Shown here: piece by piece, positions 15,003-15,729 of the stretch | Position numbering within the stretch: position 1 is the first letter of the stretch | Layout of the letters: every line of letters begins with the position of its first letter | Assembly: GCA_964437785.1 (NCBI GenBank) | Contig: CAYTJL010000046.1 | Location: forward strand, 16,610-32,338 | Source: an uncultured Polyangiaceae bacterium | Lineage (GTDB): Bacteria > Myxococcota_A > Polyangia > Polyangiales > Polyangiaceae | Direction of reading: 5' to 3' | DNA: 15,729 nt | The notes under the pieces: generated by a model | The model's input: the letters and a program-made list of their open reading frames with translations, nothing else | The model's database searches: none | Told to the model about the DNA's origin: nothing | Program-made: the position numbers and the translations under genes

Positions 15003-15073
15003 TTCAGAGTCGCCCAAGGGTAGGGCAACAGCCTCCAACGCTGTTCGCTGTGGGTTCAAATCCCATCTCGAAA
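15003..15073 (+). tRNA. tRNA-Trp(CCA)-like with defective/bulged acceptor stem (possible pseudogene)
   Basis: The D arm GCCC-AAGGGTA-GGGC, anticodon arm ACAGC-CTCCAAC-GCTGT and T arm GTGGG-TTCAAAT-CCCAT are all good. The acceptor TTCAGAG vs CTCGAA pairs only if A15006 is bulged. Confidence 0.5.
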
Positions 15074-15270
15074 CAAACATGCGCCGGCTCTCTACCCGTG
15101 CCCCCTCCCGCTCGCGGACGACACCGGTACTCACGCGCTCGTTCAGGAAACCACCCACGTTGAAAATGGGTCCGTAATTAAAACGGAACGACGAACCTCG
15201 AGCTCGTACCCTCTCCGGTGTCCCCGCGCGCCTCTCTCACCCGGGGAACTTTCGTGTCGGTTCAGAGACA

Positions 15271-15347
15271 TCGGCCTTTCCAGCCGAAGGTGCTGGTTCG
15301 ATTCCAGCTCGCCCCACTCTACGGGGCGATGGTCCAATGGTAGGACA
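15271..15347 (+). ncRNA. circularly permuted tRNA-like element (anticodon-like hairpin, T arm, closed acceptor hairpin, D arm)
   Basis: The element reads TCGGC-CTTTCCA-GCCGA (15271-15287), AGGT, T arm GCTGG-TTCGATT-CCAGC. Then TCGCCCC (15309-15315) is closed by loop ACTCTAC onto GGGGCGA (15323-15329), followed by TG and D arm GTCC-AATGGTA-GGAC (15332-15346). Joining 15323-15347 in front of 15271-15316 gives a perfect 71-nt cloverleaf. Confidence 0.6.
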
Positions 15348-15366
15348 TCAAAAACGACCCGAGCTC

Positions 15367-15383
15367 TATCCCCGGTTTTTTTT
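15367..15383 (+). terminator. U8 tract ending the RNA array (terminator candidate)
   Basis: TATCCCCGG is followed by TTTTTTTT (15376-15383). TCCCCGG can pair with CCGGGGA (15241-15247), or ATCCCCG with CGGGG(C)GAT (15322-15330). Confidence 0.45.
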
Positions 15384-15411
15384 CAAACAACCAACAAGGA
15401 GCGATCAACCC

Positions 15412-15729
15412 ATGACCATGCAACAGGTTGTCGAGAAGACCGTCAAGGCGACCGCCGCTGAGGTGTGGTCGCTCCCCGCCGACGTCGCCGCGAGCGACGC
15501 TGGCCAAATCACCCTCTCGTTCCTCGACGCCGCGATCACCGCGACCGCGAGGGCGACCCACGACAACACCCGTGAAGAGCAGATGGCGGCCGCGCAGCGC
15601 GCCCACGAGGCGATGCTGAGGCTCGATCGGAGGCTCTACGCGCTCTGCCTGGTGCTCCCGGGCGTCACCGACTACGCGCGCCAGCTCGGCCTCAAGAACC
15701 TGCTCGGCGAGAAGCGGATGGAGGATGAC
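15412..15729 (+). CDS. hypothetical protein (5' partial; runs off the right edge)
   Basis: AAGGAG (15396-15401) lies 10 nt before the ATG at 15412. The frame is open for 106 codons to the window end with G/C-rich third positions: MTMQQVVEKTVKATAAEVWSLPADVAASDAGQITLSFLD.... No family recognised. It is absent from the ORF track because no stop codon is in the window. Confidence 0.55.
   Translation, partial: MTMQQVVEKTVKATAAEVWSLPADVAASDAGQITLSFLDAAITATARATHDNTREEQMAAAQRAHEAMLRLDRRLYALCLVLPGVTDYARQLGLKNLLGEKRMEDD

Noticed and set aside
9537-15177. Numerous 60-190-aa ORFs in the track lying across the tRNA array (for example 9537..9797, 13302..13691, 14210..14620, 14617..15177)
   Set aside because: Each spans one or more cloverleaf tRNA genes, lacks a Shine-Dalgarno and encodes Arg/Ser/Pro-rich sequence. 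The tRNA genes explain the conservation-like signals.
9635-15349. Regularly recurring GGTTCGA(N)TCC-type repeats that could be mistaken for a CRISPR array
   Set aside because: The repeats are tRNA T arms, each embedded in a complete cloverleaf with a different acceptor and anticodon. The repeat units are not identical, their spacing is irregular, and no cas genes are present.
8919-15729. Calling the tRNA/rsr region a bounded prophage, ICE or genomic island
   Set aside because: The window holds no integrase, transposase, or capsid/terminase gene, and I found no direct-repeat att sites. The tRNA half-copy at 15323-15347 has a perfect complementary partner immediately upstream rather than a distant duplicate. 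Mobile origin remains possible but is unsupported here.

Overview
High-GC bacterial chromosomal window (GC not computed; taxon not determinable from sequence alone) with two very different halves. Positions 1-8918 are tightly packed housekeeping and envelope-redox genes. A minus-strand run encodes an SDR oxidoreductase, hemL, a thioredoxin-rhodanese fusion, an orphan beta-class DPPY DNA methyltransferase, a TlpA-like lipoprotein, a Cys-rich OmpA-like protein and a VKOR-DsbA fusion. A plus-strand hotdog-fold protein, a TIM-barrel-like hypothetical and ygfZ follow. Positions ~8920-15400 have almost no coding capacity except one gene, a clear Ro60/TROVE-vWA orthologue (rsr, 10743-12374). It sits inside a co-directional (+) array of 23 hand-foldable cloverleaf tRNA genes covering 14 amino-acid specificities, with no class II tRNAs and no Ile/Val/Met. 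The array also holds four aberrant RNA elements: a tRNA-Trp-like gene with a bulged acceptor stem; a tRNA-like gene with ~51 extra nt in its central region; a circularly permuted tRNA-like element (T arm, closed acceptor hairpin, D arm, then a U8 tract), which as I recall is the topology of YrlA-type bacterial Y RNAs; and a 157-nt extended hairpin with a perfect 20-bp terminal helix about 250 nt 3' of rsr (one tRNA and the tRNA-like gene lie between). Duplicated TTGACA promoter cassettes and hairpin/promoter junction modules subdivide the array. The rsr-in-tRNA-array arrangement with candidate Y-RNA-like elements is the most interesting signal. All RNA folds were done by eye, so ends may be off by 1-2 nt and no covariance-model or database search was run. 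Most long ORFs in the supplied track that lie antisense to the named genes or across the tRNA array are high-GC shadow ORFs.
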